The translations under genes were made by a program, and so were the position numbers. A DNA stretch of 57,877 bases from a virus, in the IMG/VR virus record IMGVR_UViG_3300028534_000017, positions 72,284 through 130,160 of that record; one strand, given 5' to 3'. Position 1 is the first letter of the stretch. Every line of letters begins with the position of its first letter. Below, piece by piece: positions 9,071-19,271 of this stretch. The notes under the pieces are model-generated. The model did no database searches and was not told the origin of the DNA. It saw nothing but the letters and a program-made list of their open reading frames with translations.

Positions 9071-9331
9071 TTACTCCTCACACGCATCTTCTATTTTATC
9101 ATCCTCGATATCCTCGATATCCTCGATATCCTCGATATCCTCGATATCCTCGATATCCTCGATATCCTCTTCTGCGCATTCACAACAAGAACATGGGGAC
9201 ACTATTATCTCCTCCCCTGACGTAGAGGGTATTCCAACTTGGAACTCGGTCCCACAAAGCAAACATATCCGTGCCTCATAATCCCATACGGTTTCGTTTG
9301 TAGTTACCGTTTCTGTATTTAACTCTTTCAT
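9071..9331 (-). CDS. Small Zn-ribbon-like protein with an acidic (EDI)n tail
   Basis: CLLC...CSCCEC followed by EDI repeats; AGGAG RBS. Confidence 0.65.
   Translation of the reverse strand: MKELNTETVTTNETVWDYEARICLLCGTEFQVGIPSTSGEEIIVSPCSCCECAEEDIEDIEDIEDIEDIEDIEDIEDDKIEDACEE
9101..9169. repeat. 9-bp tandem repeat ATCCTCGAT x7.7
   Basis: Perfect units from 9101 to 9169. Confidence 0.95.
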
Positions 9332-9428
9332 AATTTACTCCTTTTCTCATTTGTAGGTTTATGATAACCTTTTGCGATCAACACCATAAAAATAAACCAT
9401 CCTTTCGAATGATTCAACTCTTTACCGA

Positions 9429-9468
9429 TTATAAGATATCTATATAATATTTAACTTATTTTAAAGTA
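9429..9468 (-). promoter_or_regulatory. Putative early promoter, copy 2
   Basis: Minus strand reads TACTTTAAAATAAGTTAAATATTATATAGATATCTTATAA(T). Confidence 0.65.
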
Positions 9469-9525
9469 TTTTAACATGAGTTTTTATCAGTAGTTAACTA
9501 TTCATAGTGTCAACTATCTATAGAC

Positions 9526-9702
9526 AGCCAGTTATTTAGTTTTTAAAAAATTTTAGAAACCAGATTTTAAGTTTTTACTAATTTTTCAAACACTGATAGT
9601 ACCGGAAAATAGGGAGGAGTAATTTCAGATTTAAGTTTATTTTAAAATCTGTTAGCTAGGATATTTTAAAAACGAATAACTATTAATAGTTAACTATCTG
9701 TA
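9526..9702. repeat. ~177-bp imperfect inverted repeat, copy A
   Basis: Reverse complement aligns co-linearly with 48814-48991. Confidence 0.85.
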
Positions 9703-9801
9703 CCACGTACCACGAATAGTTATCTAAGTATCTACATAAAGATTATATAGATATAATAAGACATATCACTAAAGAACATTCTAAAATTAAAAGGAGAATA
9801 T

Positions 9802-11580
9802 ATGGATAATCAAGAAACTGAAATATCAGAAGTATCTGAAATATCATATCAAAATTTTATTCCGTATCAGGTATGGTTGGATATTTTAAACAGAGCTGAT
9901 ATATCAAGAGGTATTCAAAATTTTAATTCAGATGAAGTTAATTTATTAGTGAACTGTTATGATAAAAATCTTAAGTACTTGGATATGCAAAAGATCGAAG
10001 AATTTGAAGTAATCGTTCCTGATTGGGTACTAGTACCAAAATTCTTCTGGATTAGAAATATTGAAAAATTAAAAGATTTAAATGCTTATTTAGATTTAGA
10101 ACCCAAATTAAAACAATTTCAAAAAGAACTTAAAGATTATGATAAAGAAGTTATTAATCAAAAACCAAGAATTTATAAATCTAAAATTATCCCAAGAGAA
10201 GAACAGATACCAGCTTTCAAAATACTAGAAAAACTCCGTTATGATAAAAATGAATTATTCAACGGTATTATAAAAGCTACTCCTGGATTTGGTAAAACTG
10301 TTTTAACTGTTCATTTAATAAATTTATTAAATTTTCAGAAACCTATTATAATTGTTCCAAAGGATATATTAACTCGCCAATGGGAAGAAGCTTTTTTACA
10401 ATTCTCGGATCTTAAAAAAGAAGATATATATTTATTAGAGGGTTCTGATCCAGAGACTATTATAAACGGTATTAAAAATTCTAAAGTTATTATAGCAAAG
10501 GTTCAAAGTCTATTATCACAATTAAAAAGAATTCCATATAATGATTTATATAAAATTTATCAAGAAATCGATTTATTCGTTTTCGATGAATGCCACGGTT
10601 CCGGAGCACAAGGGTATGGAAAAGTATCAAGTATTTTTAAAACTAATAATATTATTGGTCTTACTGCCACGCCATATAGAAGAGGAATATCCGATTTTCT
10701 TTTACAAAATAGTATTGGGGATGTAATATTTGAATCTAATCATAAAAATTATCATCCAAAAATTGAAATATTTAATCTTAATTCGGATGAAAATACTCCT
10801 TTAGAATTTTCTAAAAAAGAGATACAAACTCTTGGGTGGGCTGCAAAAAATGATTATATTAAATTTCTAACTTTTTATAATATGTTTCTTTATAATAGAG
10901 ATTTTTATTTTGATTATCTAGCTAAATGGACTAAGTATCAAAGAAGTCTTGGTCATGTGTCGGTTATTCTTTTTACTACTATTAAAATGATTGATAAATT
11001 TATTGAACATTATATAAATCAATTCACCGAAGAAGAATACGCAAATTTACCAGAAGATGAAAAACCTTTAAAACTTATTGGAAACTCTAAAATAGATTCT
11101 CAGAATTTAGCTAAAGCTAAAAATAGAGAACTTAGAGCGGAACTTAAAATATATAAAGAAATATTAAATCAACGAGTAAAAGATAAAGAAATTAAAAGAA
11201 AAGAAGCAAATGAATTATATAAAACCCGTTCTATAGCTTCAAAAGAAGAACAAAATCAAAATTTAGAACACGCGTTAGAAATTTATGAACAAAAGATTAA
11301 ATCTAGTAAGGTTCTTGTATCTAACTATGGTTTATTAAGTGCTGGGTTCGATAAAGAAGATCTCAGTCATATTATTTTTGGTAGTCCAATCATTGGAAAG
11401 GTTACTGTTTTACAAAGTATTGGGCGTATTGTAAGGGTCGCTGAAAATAAACGATTTCCATTAGTACAGTTCTTTTTTACTAGCACCTTTCTAAAATATC
11501 AACCAAACGCTAGTATGATTTTAAAGAATAATATTATGAGTGAATTCGACGAATCGGAATTTGAATATAAAGGATTTTAA
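9802..11580 (+). CDS. Superfamily 2 DExH helicase (UvsW-like)
   Basis: ATPGFGKT, DECH, GLTATP, LSAGFD, QSIGRIVR. Confidence 0.9.
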   Translation: MDNQETEISEVSEISYQNFIPYQVWLDILNRADISRGIQNFNSDEVNLLVNCYDKNLKYLDMQKIEEFEVIVPDWVLVPKFFWIRNIEKLKDLNAYLDLEPKLKQFQKELKDYDKEVINQKPRIYKSKIIPREEQIPAFKILEKLRYDKNELFNGIIKATPGFGKTVLTVHLINLLNFQKPIIIVPKDILTRQWEEAFLQFSDLKKEDIYLLEGSDPETIINGIKNSKVIIAKVQSLLSQLKRIPYNDLYKIYQEIDLFVFDECHGSGAQGYGKVSSIFKTNNIIGLTATPYRRGISDFLLQNSIGDVIFESNHKNYHPKIEIFNLNSDENTPLEFSKKEIQTLGWAAKNDYIKFLTFYNMFLYNRDFYFDYLAKWTKYQRSLGHVSVILFTTIKMIDKFIEHYINQFTEEEYANLPEDEKPLKLIGNSKIDSQNLAKAKNRELRAELKIYKEILNQRVKDKEIKRKEANELYKTRSIASKEEQNQNLEHALEIYEQKIKSSKVLVSNYGLLSAGFDKEDLSHIIFGSPIIGKVTVLQSIGRIVRVAENKRFPLVQFFFTSTFLKYQPNASMILKNNIMSEFDESEFEYKGF

Positions 11581-11742
11581 ATGATAGAAAATATTAAAAA
11601 ATACTCCCCAGAAGATTATGAATATCGGAGTGCTGGTTTTACGGAAAAAGATTTGGAAATAATGAGAATTGGTTATGTAGGTTTATTATTTAAAAATTTA
11701 ATTAATAAAATAAAATTAATTTTAGGAAAATTTAAAAAATGA
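11581..11742 (+). CDS. Small hypothetical protein (53 aa)
   Basis: Read by hand; abuts the helicase stop and overlaps the next start (ATGA). Confidence 0.45.
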   Translation: MIENIKKYSPEDYEYRSAGFTEKDLEIMRIGYVGLLFKNLINKIKLILGKFKK

Positions 11743-12392
11743 TTAATTATATATATTATTTAAAAAATTATATTTACTATAAAATAAACAATTTGAAAAT
11801 AATAAAGGATTTTTATTTTAATGATTCATTAATGAATAAAAAAGAAAAATTAAAATTGGATATCTATAAATTTACTAAAGATTTATATATTTATATGACT
11901 TTTAAAATTATAACCGAAGAAGAAAGGGATTTATTAATTAAATACGTGGATCCTTATCAAGGATGCAATAAACATAATTTACCAACTAAAGGAATAACAG
12001 AAAAAGAATTAAAAAAACGTGAAGAGGATTTATATAAACAATATCTTCGGTTTATTAATAGATCTTTATATCTTAATCAAGAATGTATATCTTTAGAAAG
12101 ATTAAAATATTTTTTAGATGTGGCATTAGATATGTTAGATAGTGCTAAAAATTATCCAATGGTTTCTTTTATTTATCAAAATGATATTAAACATATAGAT
12201 AAATTACAAAAGATTTTAAAATTACTTTTTAAATATAGTCAGAAAGAAGATTATTTTACTTTGGATGAATTTAGATCATTTTTATATATATATCGAGAAA
12301 ACTTTCATATAGTAGATATAGATATATTTAGAAATCTAAATAAAATTCCTAAAAGATTAAAAAAGAGAAGGTATTTGGAAAAATGTCAATAA
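11739..12392 (+). CDS. Hypothetical protein
   Basis: 217-aa ORF. Confidence 0.65.
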   Translation: MINYIYYLKNYIYYKINNLKIIKDFYFNDSLMNKKEKLKLDIYKFTKDLYIYMTFKIITEEERDLLIKYVDPYQGCNKHNLPTKGITEKELKKREEDLYKQYLRFINRSLYLNQECISLERLKYFLDVALDMLDSAKNYPMVSFIYQNDIKHIDKLQKILKLLFKYSQKEDYFTLDEFRSFLYIYRENFHIVDIDIFRNLNKIPKRLKKRRYLEKCQ

Positions 12393-12548
12393 AAGATAGA
12401 TACAATGATATAAAATGGTTTATTATTACCTCGATAAGTTATATGACTGGAGTTTATTCTAAAAATAAATATTTTAATTTATTATATATTTTACCACAAT
12501 TACCTTTTAGATATTATCGATATTTAAAAGCATTTTAAAGGAGACAAA

Positions 12549-13595
12549 ATGGCTAAAACGGCTACTCAACCAACTGGCGAACCAGTTGAAGTACAAAAAC
12601 AAACAAGTCCTGCTCAACCAGCAAGAAAAATAAATTACGATAAATACAAAGATTATGTAATGAGTATTGATCCAAAAGTCATTACGCCGGTTGGTGTAGA
12701 TCTTGGGTATAGTTCTAGTAAAATAAGTTTTCTTGGAAAACTAAGCACCGAACCAACAGCTATTAATTTTAATATTGATACTGGTTTAAGTTATGGTACA
12801 AATTCATCATTTATTTTTGAAAACGAAGATCTTTTAGTTGGAGAAAATGTTCAGGAATCGTTTAGTACACTCGATTATAATTTTAAATATAAATATGATC
12901 CACTTATTCTTTTCAGTATTCTTTTTAAATTAAAAGCTATTAATTTTAATCAAGAAGATCAAACACATATCGAATTACGCATAGGATTATCATTAGCAGA
13001 TTGGAAAAACAAGGATGATTATATTAAAAGATTATCTGAATTTGAAGTAGATGGTAGAACTTTTAAATTTAATAATATTAAAATTATTCCACAGGGTGCT
13101 GGGGCATATATTGATTATATTAGTACTAAACAGCTTCCACATCCGGATACGGCGATGCTTTTAGATATTGGATATAATACTATTAATGTTCTTTATTTTG
13201 ATAATGGGGTTCCTCAAAGAAATAACTCTAGAAGTTTTCCAGGTCATGGTGTAAGTTCTATTATTAAATCATTCTCCGATTTCTTAGAAAATGAATACGG
13301 TATGTCTTTCTCAGATGCAGAAGCTTTACAAATATTCTTAAAAAATAAGTTTATTTATAATGGAGTAGATCAAGAAAAAGTAAAAGCTATTATTTTTGAA
13401 TTAAAAAATAACTTTCTTAAAAAACTAAAAAATAGTATTTTAGTACGTGAAAGAAAATTACTAAGTACTTCCGAAAAAGTAATATTTGCTGGAGGTGGAG
13501 CTAATCTACTTTATGGAACAACATTTCCTCCGAATGTAGATTTCGTAGAACCAGAAAGACTTTATTCGAACATTAGAGGGTTTATGTTAGCTTAA
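12549..13595 (+). CDS. Actin-like ATPase, ParM/StbA family
   Basis: Phosphate-1 VDLGYSSSK, connect-1 IIPQGAGA, phosphate-2 LDIGYNT, adenosine FAGGGA, connect-2 SNIRGF. Confidence 0.88.
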   Translation: MAKTATQPTGEPVEVQKQTSPAQPARKINYDKYKDYVMSIDPKVITPVGVDLGYSSSKISFLGKLSTEPTAINFNIDTGLSYGTNSSFIFENEDLLVGENVQESFSTLDYNFKYKYDPLILFSILFKLKAINFNQEDQTHIELRIGLSLADWKNKDDYIKRLSEFEVDGRTFKFNNIKIIPQGAGAYIDYISTKQLPHPDTAMLLDIGYNTINVLYFDNGVPQRNNSRSFPGHGVSSIIKSFSDFLENEYGMSFSDAEALQIFLKNKFIYNGVDQEKVKAIIFELKNNFLKKLKNSILVRERKLLSTSEKVIFAGGGANLLYGTTFPPNVDFVEPERLYSNIRGFMLA

Positions 13596-13641
13596 TGCTA
13601 ACTAAATCAGTTAAATAATAAACTTAAATTAAGGAAAAAGT

Positions 13642-14067
13642 ATGATACAACACGCATATGAAAACCCAGTTAAAAAACCTCAACAATCAGTTCAACCAGC
13701 AACCGCTTATGAACAACCAGAGGATAAATATAGAACTTCTATTCCAAATGTTTCTGGAGCTAAATATACTTTAGAAGCGGATGGAGAAGTTAAAGAAATT
13801 ATAGAAAGTATTTCGCCGGAGTTAAGAAATGCTTTTGTAATTCTTAGTATTAAAAATCTTAAAAATGATCCATTATATGGTTCATTTTTTAAAGTAAAAG
13901 CCCCAGAAGAAATTAGAGAAGAATTGCAGGAAGCCGAATCATTGGTTCCTCCTCAAGGTCCAATAATGAGACAGCCCTCTCAAAACGCTCAACCAGTTCA
14001 AAGTACGAGTATTCCAGCAGCTTCTCCTCAAACGGAAGCGTTAAATGATACTTTTAGTTCGTGGTAG
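13642..14067 (+). CDS. Putative ParR-like adaptor
   Basis: Small gene directly after the actin, with a compact core and a disordered Pro/Gln tail ending in FSSW. Positional inference. Confidence 0.4.
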   Translation: MIQHAYENPVKKPQQSVQPATAYEQPEDKYRTSIPNVSGAKYTLEADGEVKEIIESISPELRNAFVILSIKNLKNDPLYGSFFKVKAPEEIREELQEAESLVPPQGPIMRQPSQNAQPVQSTSIPAASPQTEALNDTFSSW

Positions 14068-14098
14068 AAAATGGTAGAGAATAATAAAAGGAAATAAG

Positions 14099-14449
14099 AT
14101 GACACAAAAAGAAAAATTGGTAAATGGTTTTTTAGAAGAGATTAAAAAAATCTCTCTTGGGCCATTGGTAAATACAGACTCGGAAATTAATAATTTAGTT
14201 ATTATGAGTACGCCAAATTTTATTAAAATTAATCCAAATATTACGTTAGATGATTTAAATACTTTTATTAAAAGTCATGGTGGTGCAAGTACTTATAAAT
14301 CCTTCGTCGATTTTTTTATAGAATTCTATAGTATTAAATCATCCGAAATAGTAAATAAATATCTTCCAGAAATGAAAGGTAAAAAAGTATCTTTACCAAT
14401 AATTAGTTTTTCGGAAGCCGAAGGAAATACTGTACTTATCAATACGTAA
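14099..14449 (+). CDS. Hypothetical protein
   Basis: 116-aa ORF with an AAGGA RBS. Confidence 0.7.
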   Translation: MTQKEKLVNGFLEEIKKISLGPLVNTDSEINNLVIMSTPNFIKINPNITLDDLNTFIKSHGGASTYKSFVDFFIEFYSIKSSEIVNKYLPEMKGKKVSLPIISFSEAEGNTVLINT

Positions 14450-14517
14450 AGTATATATCTTTTGGTCGATACCAAGATATATAGATATATTGGAATATAA
14501 AAATTTAAAGGAAACAC

Positions 14518-14865
14518 ATGCAAACGTTAGCAATTTTACAACTAGTAAATTCAGAGAATATTATCGGGTTGATTTCAAATACGTCGGATGACACAATTAC
14601 AATTGAGTATCCAATGAGTCTTATGTTAGATCCAATGTCTGGTGGACTTGGGATGATGCCTTATTTAGCAATTTATACTGGAACGGTCCAAGATGAAAGA
14701 ATTATTTCTAAAAAACATATTCTTGGTGTACTTGAAGAAAAAGATCTTACTCCAGAAATTGCAGCTAAGTATCATGAATATAAAGAACAAGTTCTCGATG
14801 GAATGAAAAAGGAAGCTTCTAAAGAAAAGAACCCACCTTTACCAGGATTAGAGGAGGAAGTATAA
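14518..14865 (+). CDS. Sm-like fold protein of T4-like phages
   Basis: LQLVNSENIIG...ITIEYP...LGMMPY pattern. Confidence 0.55.
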   Translation: MQTLAILQLVNSENIIGLISNTSDDTITIEYPMSLMLDPMSGGLGMMPYLAIYTGTVQDERIISKKHILGVLEEKDLTPEIAAKYHEYKEQVLDGMKKEASKEKNPPLPGLEEEV

Positions 14866-15770
14866 TGGAAAATTTAGAATTGGATATCAATACAATATCT
14901 ACTGGAGTAACTCCAGGAGACGCTGGAACTGTAGTGGAACCAGCTCAAGCTTCTTTAAACGATTTTAAAGCGGAAACAGCAGTTCAAACAACAGTTGCTC
15001 CAACAAGACAAGGCTCTCCAGAATCAAACGAAGTTTATCAAATTGGTAAAATTCAAAGTGCTCTTTATGGTGGCCTTATTAAAATTCTTTCATTTTTAAG
15101 TGCTGGAACTACTTCTCAAGATATTATCCATATTAGAGAAGGTAATCTTAATCTTGTAAAGAATGCTGGTTATATCTATGCAGATCTTAGTATCTTTTTT
15201 GATAATCATGATTTAGATATTATTGATCCAGTTAAAAATACTAAATTACTTGGCCTTATTAAAGGTGGAGATGAGGTAATGTTTATTAAAGATAATAATA
15301 ATTCTAGATATTTAATTACTTCATTAGTAAATGATAACCCAAGTACTAGTATTACTTTACCACAAGCAGAGAATCAAAATAATTTTCAAATTACAGCTCC
15401 AGAACTTGGAGAATTAAAATTAAGAAGAGAACTTGAAATTGATTTAGTCGAAACTATTCAAAATGCTAGTAAAGCAGTTGAATCAGATTATCTTAAATTC
15501 GAATTAGATAATGATTTCAATATTGTAAGTATCAGTACTTCTGATGATATCTTTAAACAAGAGTTTGCAGTAGTTCCAGAAGGCACTGAAACTAAAGTTT
15601 ATAAAATCTTTAATCCATTTGCTTTTACTAAACCAGATGAATTCTATATAGAATTTTATCAAAATGGTGATGATGTTTGGGTAAAAACTATTTCGGCTAT
15701 TGGAATGGTTAATCTTGAATACAGTGAAAAAATTGAAGAAGTTGGGGAATTTGATACATTCTCTCTTTAA
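14865..15770 (+). CDS. Hypothetical protein, possibly sliding-clamp-like
   Basis: Acidic, ~250-aa alpha/beta two-domain pattern in a replication neighbourhood; weak. Confidence 0.3.
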   Translation: MENLELDINTISTGVTPGDAGTVVEPAQASLNDFKAETAVQTTVAPTRQGSPESNEVYQIGKIQSALYGGLIKILSFLSAGTTSQDIIHIREGNLNLVKNAGYIYADLSIFFDNHDLDIIDPVKNTKLLGLIKGGDEVMFIKDNNNSRYLITSLVNDNPSTSITLPQAENQNNFQITAPELGELKLRRELEIDLVETIQNASKAVESDYLKFELDNDFNIVSISTSDDIFKQEFAVVPEGTETKVYKIFNPFAFTKPDEFYIEFYQNGDDVWVKTISAIGMVNLEYSEKIEEVGEFDTFSL

Positions 15771-15777
15771 TTAAATT

Positions 15778-15812
15778 ATCCTAGAAGTTTAAACTTCTAG
15801 GATTTTCCTGTC
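15778..15812 (+). terminator. Hairpin terminator followed by TTTTCCTGTC
   Basis: 26-bp palindrome ATCCTAGAAGTTTAAACTTCTAGGAT, then TTTCCTGTC. Confidence 0.8.
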
Positions 15813-15822
15813 ATTAAAATTA

Positions 15823-15840
15823 GGAACTAATATAAATAAC
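15823..15840 (+). promoter_or_regulatory. Putative late promoter (TATAAATA)
   Basis: GGAACTAATATAAATAAC ahead of the structural genes; matches the T4 late consensus. Confidence 0.5.
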
Positions 15841-15877
15841 TTAACAAAGATAATATATTAAAAAAAGGAAATCTTCT

Positions 15878-18800
15878 ATGGGTGCAAATAGTCAAGAATA
15901 TAATAAATCTCTAGCAGAACGTTTAGAAGAGGACCACGAAAAAAGTTATTTAGGTAAAAAATACGAAAAATTTGGGCAAACCATTGGACCACTTGGTACG
16001 ATAGCTGGTACGATGGCTCCAGCCATCGGTGGTACTTTAGGTGGTATCGTTGGTGGAGGTATAAACGATAAAACTAATATGGGTGATTATTTAACTATGG
16101 GTGGTTCTGCAATTGGTGCCGTAGCTGCACCAATTTTATACAGAGGTATGCAAAAACAAAATATAAAAGATATACAAGATACAAGAAATAGAAATATCAA
16201 TTTAAAAAAAGGTTATCGTGTTTCAAATATTCAAGCTGCTGATAGCGCCTTAAATGCCGGAAAAAGTATTAAACGTGGTGTTATGGGAGGTATGGCTTTA
16301 GGATATGGATATAGTGCTTTAACTGGAAATACGATGGATCCAAGTACAATGATCTTGGCCAATAAAGGAGCCAATGCTTTAAGTAATCCTGGTTCCTTAG
16401 CTTATTTGGGAGCTTCTCAAATGGCAGGAGCAGATTATTTTGGAGGAGTTGGTAATACTCACCAAGCTGCTCTTTTGGGTAGTGGTATATCAGGTATTGG
16501 TAATATAGCTTCTAATTTTGGTTTTGGAGAACTTGGAAAAGGTCTTAATGAAGTGGGTGGAAGTATTCATGATATGACTGGAATGGGTGGTTCTTTAACT
16601 GGTATGTTAACTTATATGTTGGCATCTGCTGGTGGAAATAAACTTATGAAAAGTATTAAATCGTCTGCTCAAGCAAAAGACGGTAAAAAATATAATTACA
16701 AAGTAAGTGATTTAGGAAGACCAGCTAGTACCGATAGGGATGTTACCAAATACGATACTATGAAATCAGTAGCGGCTCAGGTAAATTTATTAACCATTAC
16801 TGGACAATTAAGCCCATTTGAGTCATTAGCTCTTGGTTATTATCAAAGTATGGATAAACATTTATTGTTCTTAAATGCTATTTATGATATTTTAAATGAG
16901 GATGATTTAAAGAAAATAGATAAAAAAGAAGAACTATTTGGAACTCATAATGAATTAGGGGATTTATTAAATAATGATCCAGGGTATCAAAATACATTAA
17001 ATACTTATAGTAATCCTAAAGATAATAATTATTTAGAAAGAACTGGTATCAGAATAAATGATATTAACGATCGAGTTAATAAATGGATTCAAGAAACTAG
17101 TACCGATACACATGCCCTTTTCGATGCGTTGAATCCGTTAAAAATTCTTACTGGAGGATTATTAGGATCAACCTCAACCAAAGATATTAAAGCATTATAT
17201 GGTATGGACGAAGATACCATAATGGAAAATGCTAGAGAACAAACAGCTACCGATTTAAGGGTACCTACCAATTTAATACAAATTGCGGAAATGGATATCT
17301 CACAAATATTAAAATTATCAGATAATGTCGAAGGTAAACAATTAGCTGTTCAATCATTTAGTGCTAGTATTTTACAAGAAATTCTTAAATTAAAATTAGA
17401 CGAACGAAAAACCGACGATGGTAAAGGTTTTTTTGACAGAACTAAAACTTACATTGATTTAGAAAAAGATGAAAGTTGGTTAACTAAGTTATATGATAAA
17501 ACCGAAAATGTTGTCGGAAATATTCCATTATTAAATGTTTTATCTTCTGCTAGTGCTGGAATAAGAGGAATTAATAAAAGAAAGAAATCAAATGCCGAGG
17601 CAGAAGGACCAAAAACTATCGATGCATTGTCTCTTTCGGAATCTCAAAATTTAGAAAACGATGATTTTCTAAATTATCAATTTCCAAATTTATTTTTAGA
17701 AAATTTATCTCTGGATGAAGAAAGAAATCAATTATTAAAACAATTACTTGAATGTTGGGATTGTGATAAATCAAAAGTTTCTAAAAAATCTTATGGTGTG
17801 TATGACGTACTTTCTAAACAAATTGGAACTGAAACTGACCGACAACAAAGTATTAAAGATAAATTTGAGCAGGATAGTGGATCTATAACAGAACAATATA
17901 GAAAACTTATGGAAAACGATCCTAAGAATTTAAATCATTATGAAACAAAACGGGACGAAGAATTAGATGCTTTAAAAGATAATTTATTAAATCTTTATAA
18001 ACAGACTGATATAAGAAATACAGCAGTTGGAATTGATAAGAAAAATACAGTTGCTACTAATCAAAAAGCAGAAGAGGATAAAAAGTATAAATCAAAATTA
18101 CTAGAAGCGTTTGAATCTATAGCTAATCAAAAAAAAGAAGAGCATATTCCAGGATCAAATTTAGTGGATGATGTTACACCAAAATCTCTTAAGAAACATT
18201 GGACTAATGGTTGGGCAAAAGGTGGTTTACTTGGAGCACTTGGAAATTTATTTGTAGTACAACCTGCTCTTAAAACTGGCCAATTATTAAAAACTATATT
18301 TGGAAATATAATATCTTATGGTATGAAACATAAGAAAACTGGAGGAGCTTTAATGCTTGCCGCAGGTTTAGGATATTTAGCTTACGATAATAAAGATGTG
18401 CTTGGTCCAAAAATAAAAGCAACCGTTAAAACACTATCATCTTCTATTTCCAATATCGCTCAATATTTTAAAGGTGATGGTTTAGATGGTGGTTGGGAGA
18501 AGTATAGTGGAGCTAAAAAAACAGGTATAGTTATGTCTTCACTTGGAAGCTTATTAATTACCGTTCCAAACCCATATGCGAAAGTAGCTGGTGCAGTAAT
18601 GTTATTAGCTGGTAGTGGTTTACAGATGAATTGGAAAAAAGTTTTCCAAGATATGTTTATAAAACATCCGGATTTTGCTAGATTCATAGAACCTTTAATT
18701 CCGGATGACATGAAGAAAAGCTTTGGTTTAGATAATATTAAAGAATTACAATACCAACATAGAATAAAAGAACAGCAAAAACACGATGCTAGAGAATGGT

Positions 18801-19207
18801 TAAAGAATCATAAAAATTTTAAAAATAGATCTGTTGAAGAATTAACACAGAGATTAACTAAAATCGATGATAAAAAAGAATCCGTAAAATTAACAAAACT
18901 TATTCAAGCTATGGATATAAACAAAGATGGTAAAATTGATGATAAAGATAGGCAAAAAGACGAAAAAAAATTTAAAGAAGCTCAAATAGCATTAGAAAAA
19001 GAACAAAAGGAATATTCTAAAAAAATAGCTGAATTACATCTCGTTAGTATAGAATTAGCGCGAGGCCAAAAAGAGGAATTAATAAATATTTCTAAACATA
19101 CTTCCGAACAATCACAATTACTGCAATCTTTGGTCTTACAAGCAGAATCAACGAAATATAAATTATCCGCTTTACAAGATAAGAATACCTCATCCGGTAC
19201 CAGATAA
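15878..19207 (+). CDS. Tape-measure / baseplate-hub-like or ejection protein
   Basis: 1109 aa, Gly/Ala-rich hydrophobic helices and coiled coils, next to a gp48-like gene. Confidence 0.5.
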   Translation: MGANSQEYNKSLAERLEEDHEKSYLGKKYEKFGQTIGPLGTIAGTMAPAIGGTLGGIVGGGINDKTNMGDYLTMGGSAIGAVAAPILYRGMQKQNIKDIQDTRNRNINLKKGYRVSNIQAADSALNAGKSIKRGVMGGMALGYGYSALTGNTMDPSTMILANKGANALSNPGSLAYLGASQMAGADYFGGVGNTHQAALLGSGISGIGNIASNFGFGELGKGLNEVGGSIHDMTGMGGSLTGMLTYMLASAGGNKLMKSIKSSAQAKDGKKYNYKVSDLGRPASTDRDVTKYDTMKSVAAQVNLLTITGQLSPFESLALGYYQSMDKHLLFLNAIYDILNEDDLKKIDKKEELFGTHNELGDLLNNDPGYQNTLNTYSNPKDNNYLERTGIRINDINDRVNKWIQETSTDTHALFDALNPLKILTGGLLGSTSTKDIKALYGMDEDTIMENAREQTATDLRVPTNLIQIAEMDISQILKLSDNVEGKQLAVQSFSASILQEILKLKLDERKTDDGKGFFDRTKTYIDLEKDESWLTKLYDKTENVVGNIPLLNVLSSASAGIRGINKRKKSNAEAEGPKTIDALSLSESQNLENDDFLNYQFPNLFLENLSLDEERNQLLKQLLECWDCDKSKVSKKSYGVYDVLSKQIGTETDRQQSIKDKFEQDSGSITEQYRKLMENDPKNLNHYETKRDEELDALKDNLLNLYKQTDIRNTAVGIDKKNTVATNQKAEEDKKYKSKLLEAFESIANQKKEEHIPGSNLVDDVTPKSLKKHWTNGWAKGGLLGALGNLFVVQPALKTGQLLKTIFGNIISYGMKHKKTGGALMLAAGLGYLAYDNKDVLGPKIKATVKTLSSSISNIAQYFKGDGLDGGWEKYSGAKKTGIVMSSLGSLLITVPNPYAKVAGAVMLLAGSGLQMNWKKVFQDMFIKHPDFARFIEPLIPDDMKKSFGLDNIKELQYQHRIKEQQKHDAREWLKNHKNFKNRSVEELTQRLTKIDDKKESVKLTKLIQAMDINKDGKIDDKDRQKDEKKFKEAQIALEKEQKEYSKKIAELHLVSIELARGQKEELINISKHTSEQSQLLQSLVLQAESTKYKLSALQDKNTSSGTR

Positions 19208-19221
19208 AATATATCAAAAAC

Positions 19222-19257
19222 TATTAATAGTTAACTATCGATAGTTAACTATTAATA
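19222..19257. repeat. 36-bp perfect palindrome containing two ATAGTTAACTAT units
   Basis: TATTAATAGTTAACTATCGATAGTTAACTATTAATA. Confidence 0.95.
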
Positions 19258-19271
19258 AAAAAGGAATTAAA

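Noticed and set aside
8963-9220. Plus-strand ORF with (LDI)n repeats
   Set aside because: Antisense shadow of the 9-bp repeat in gene 9071..9331, which has the RBS and fits the minus-strand block.
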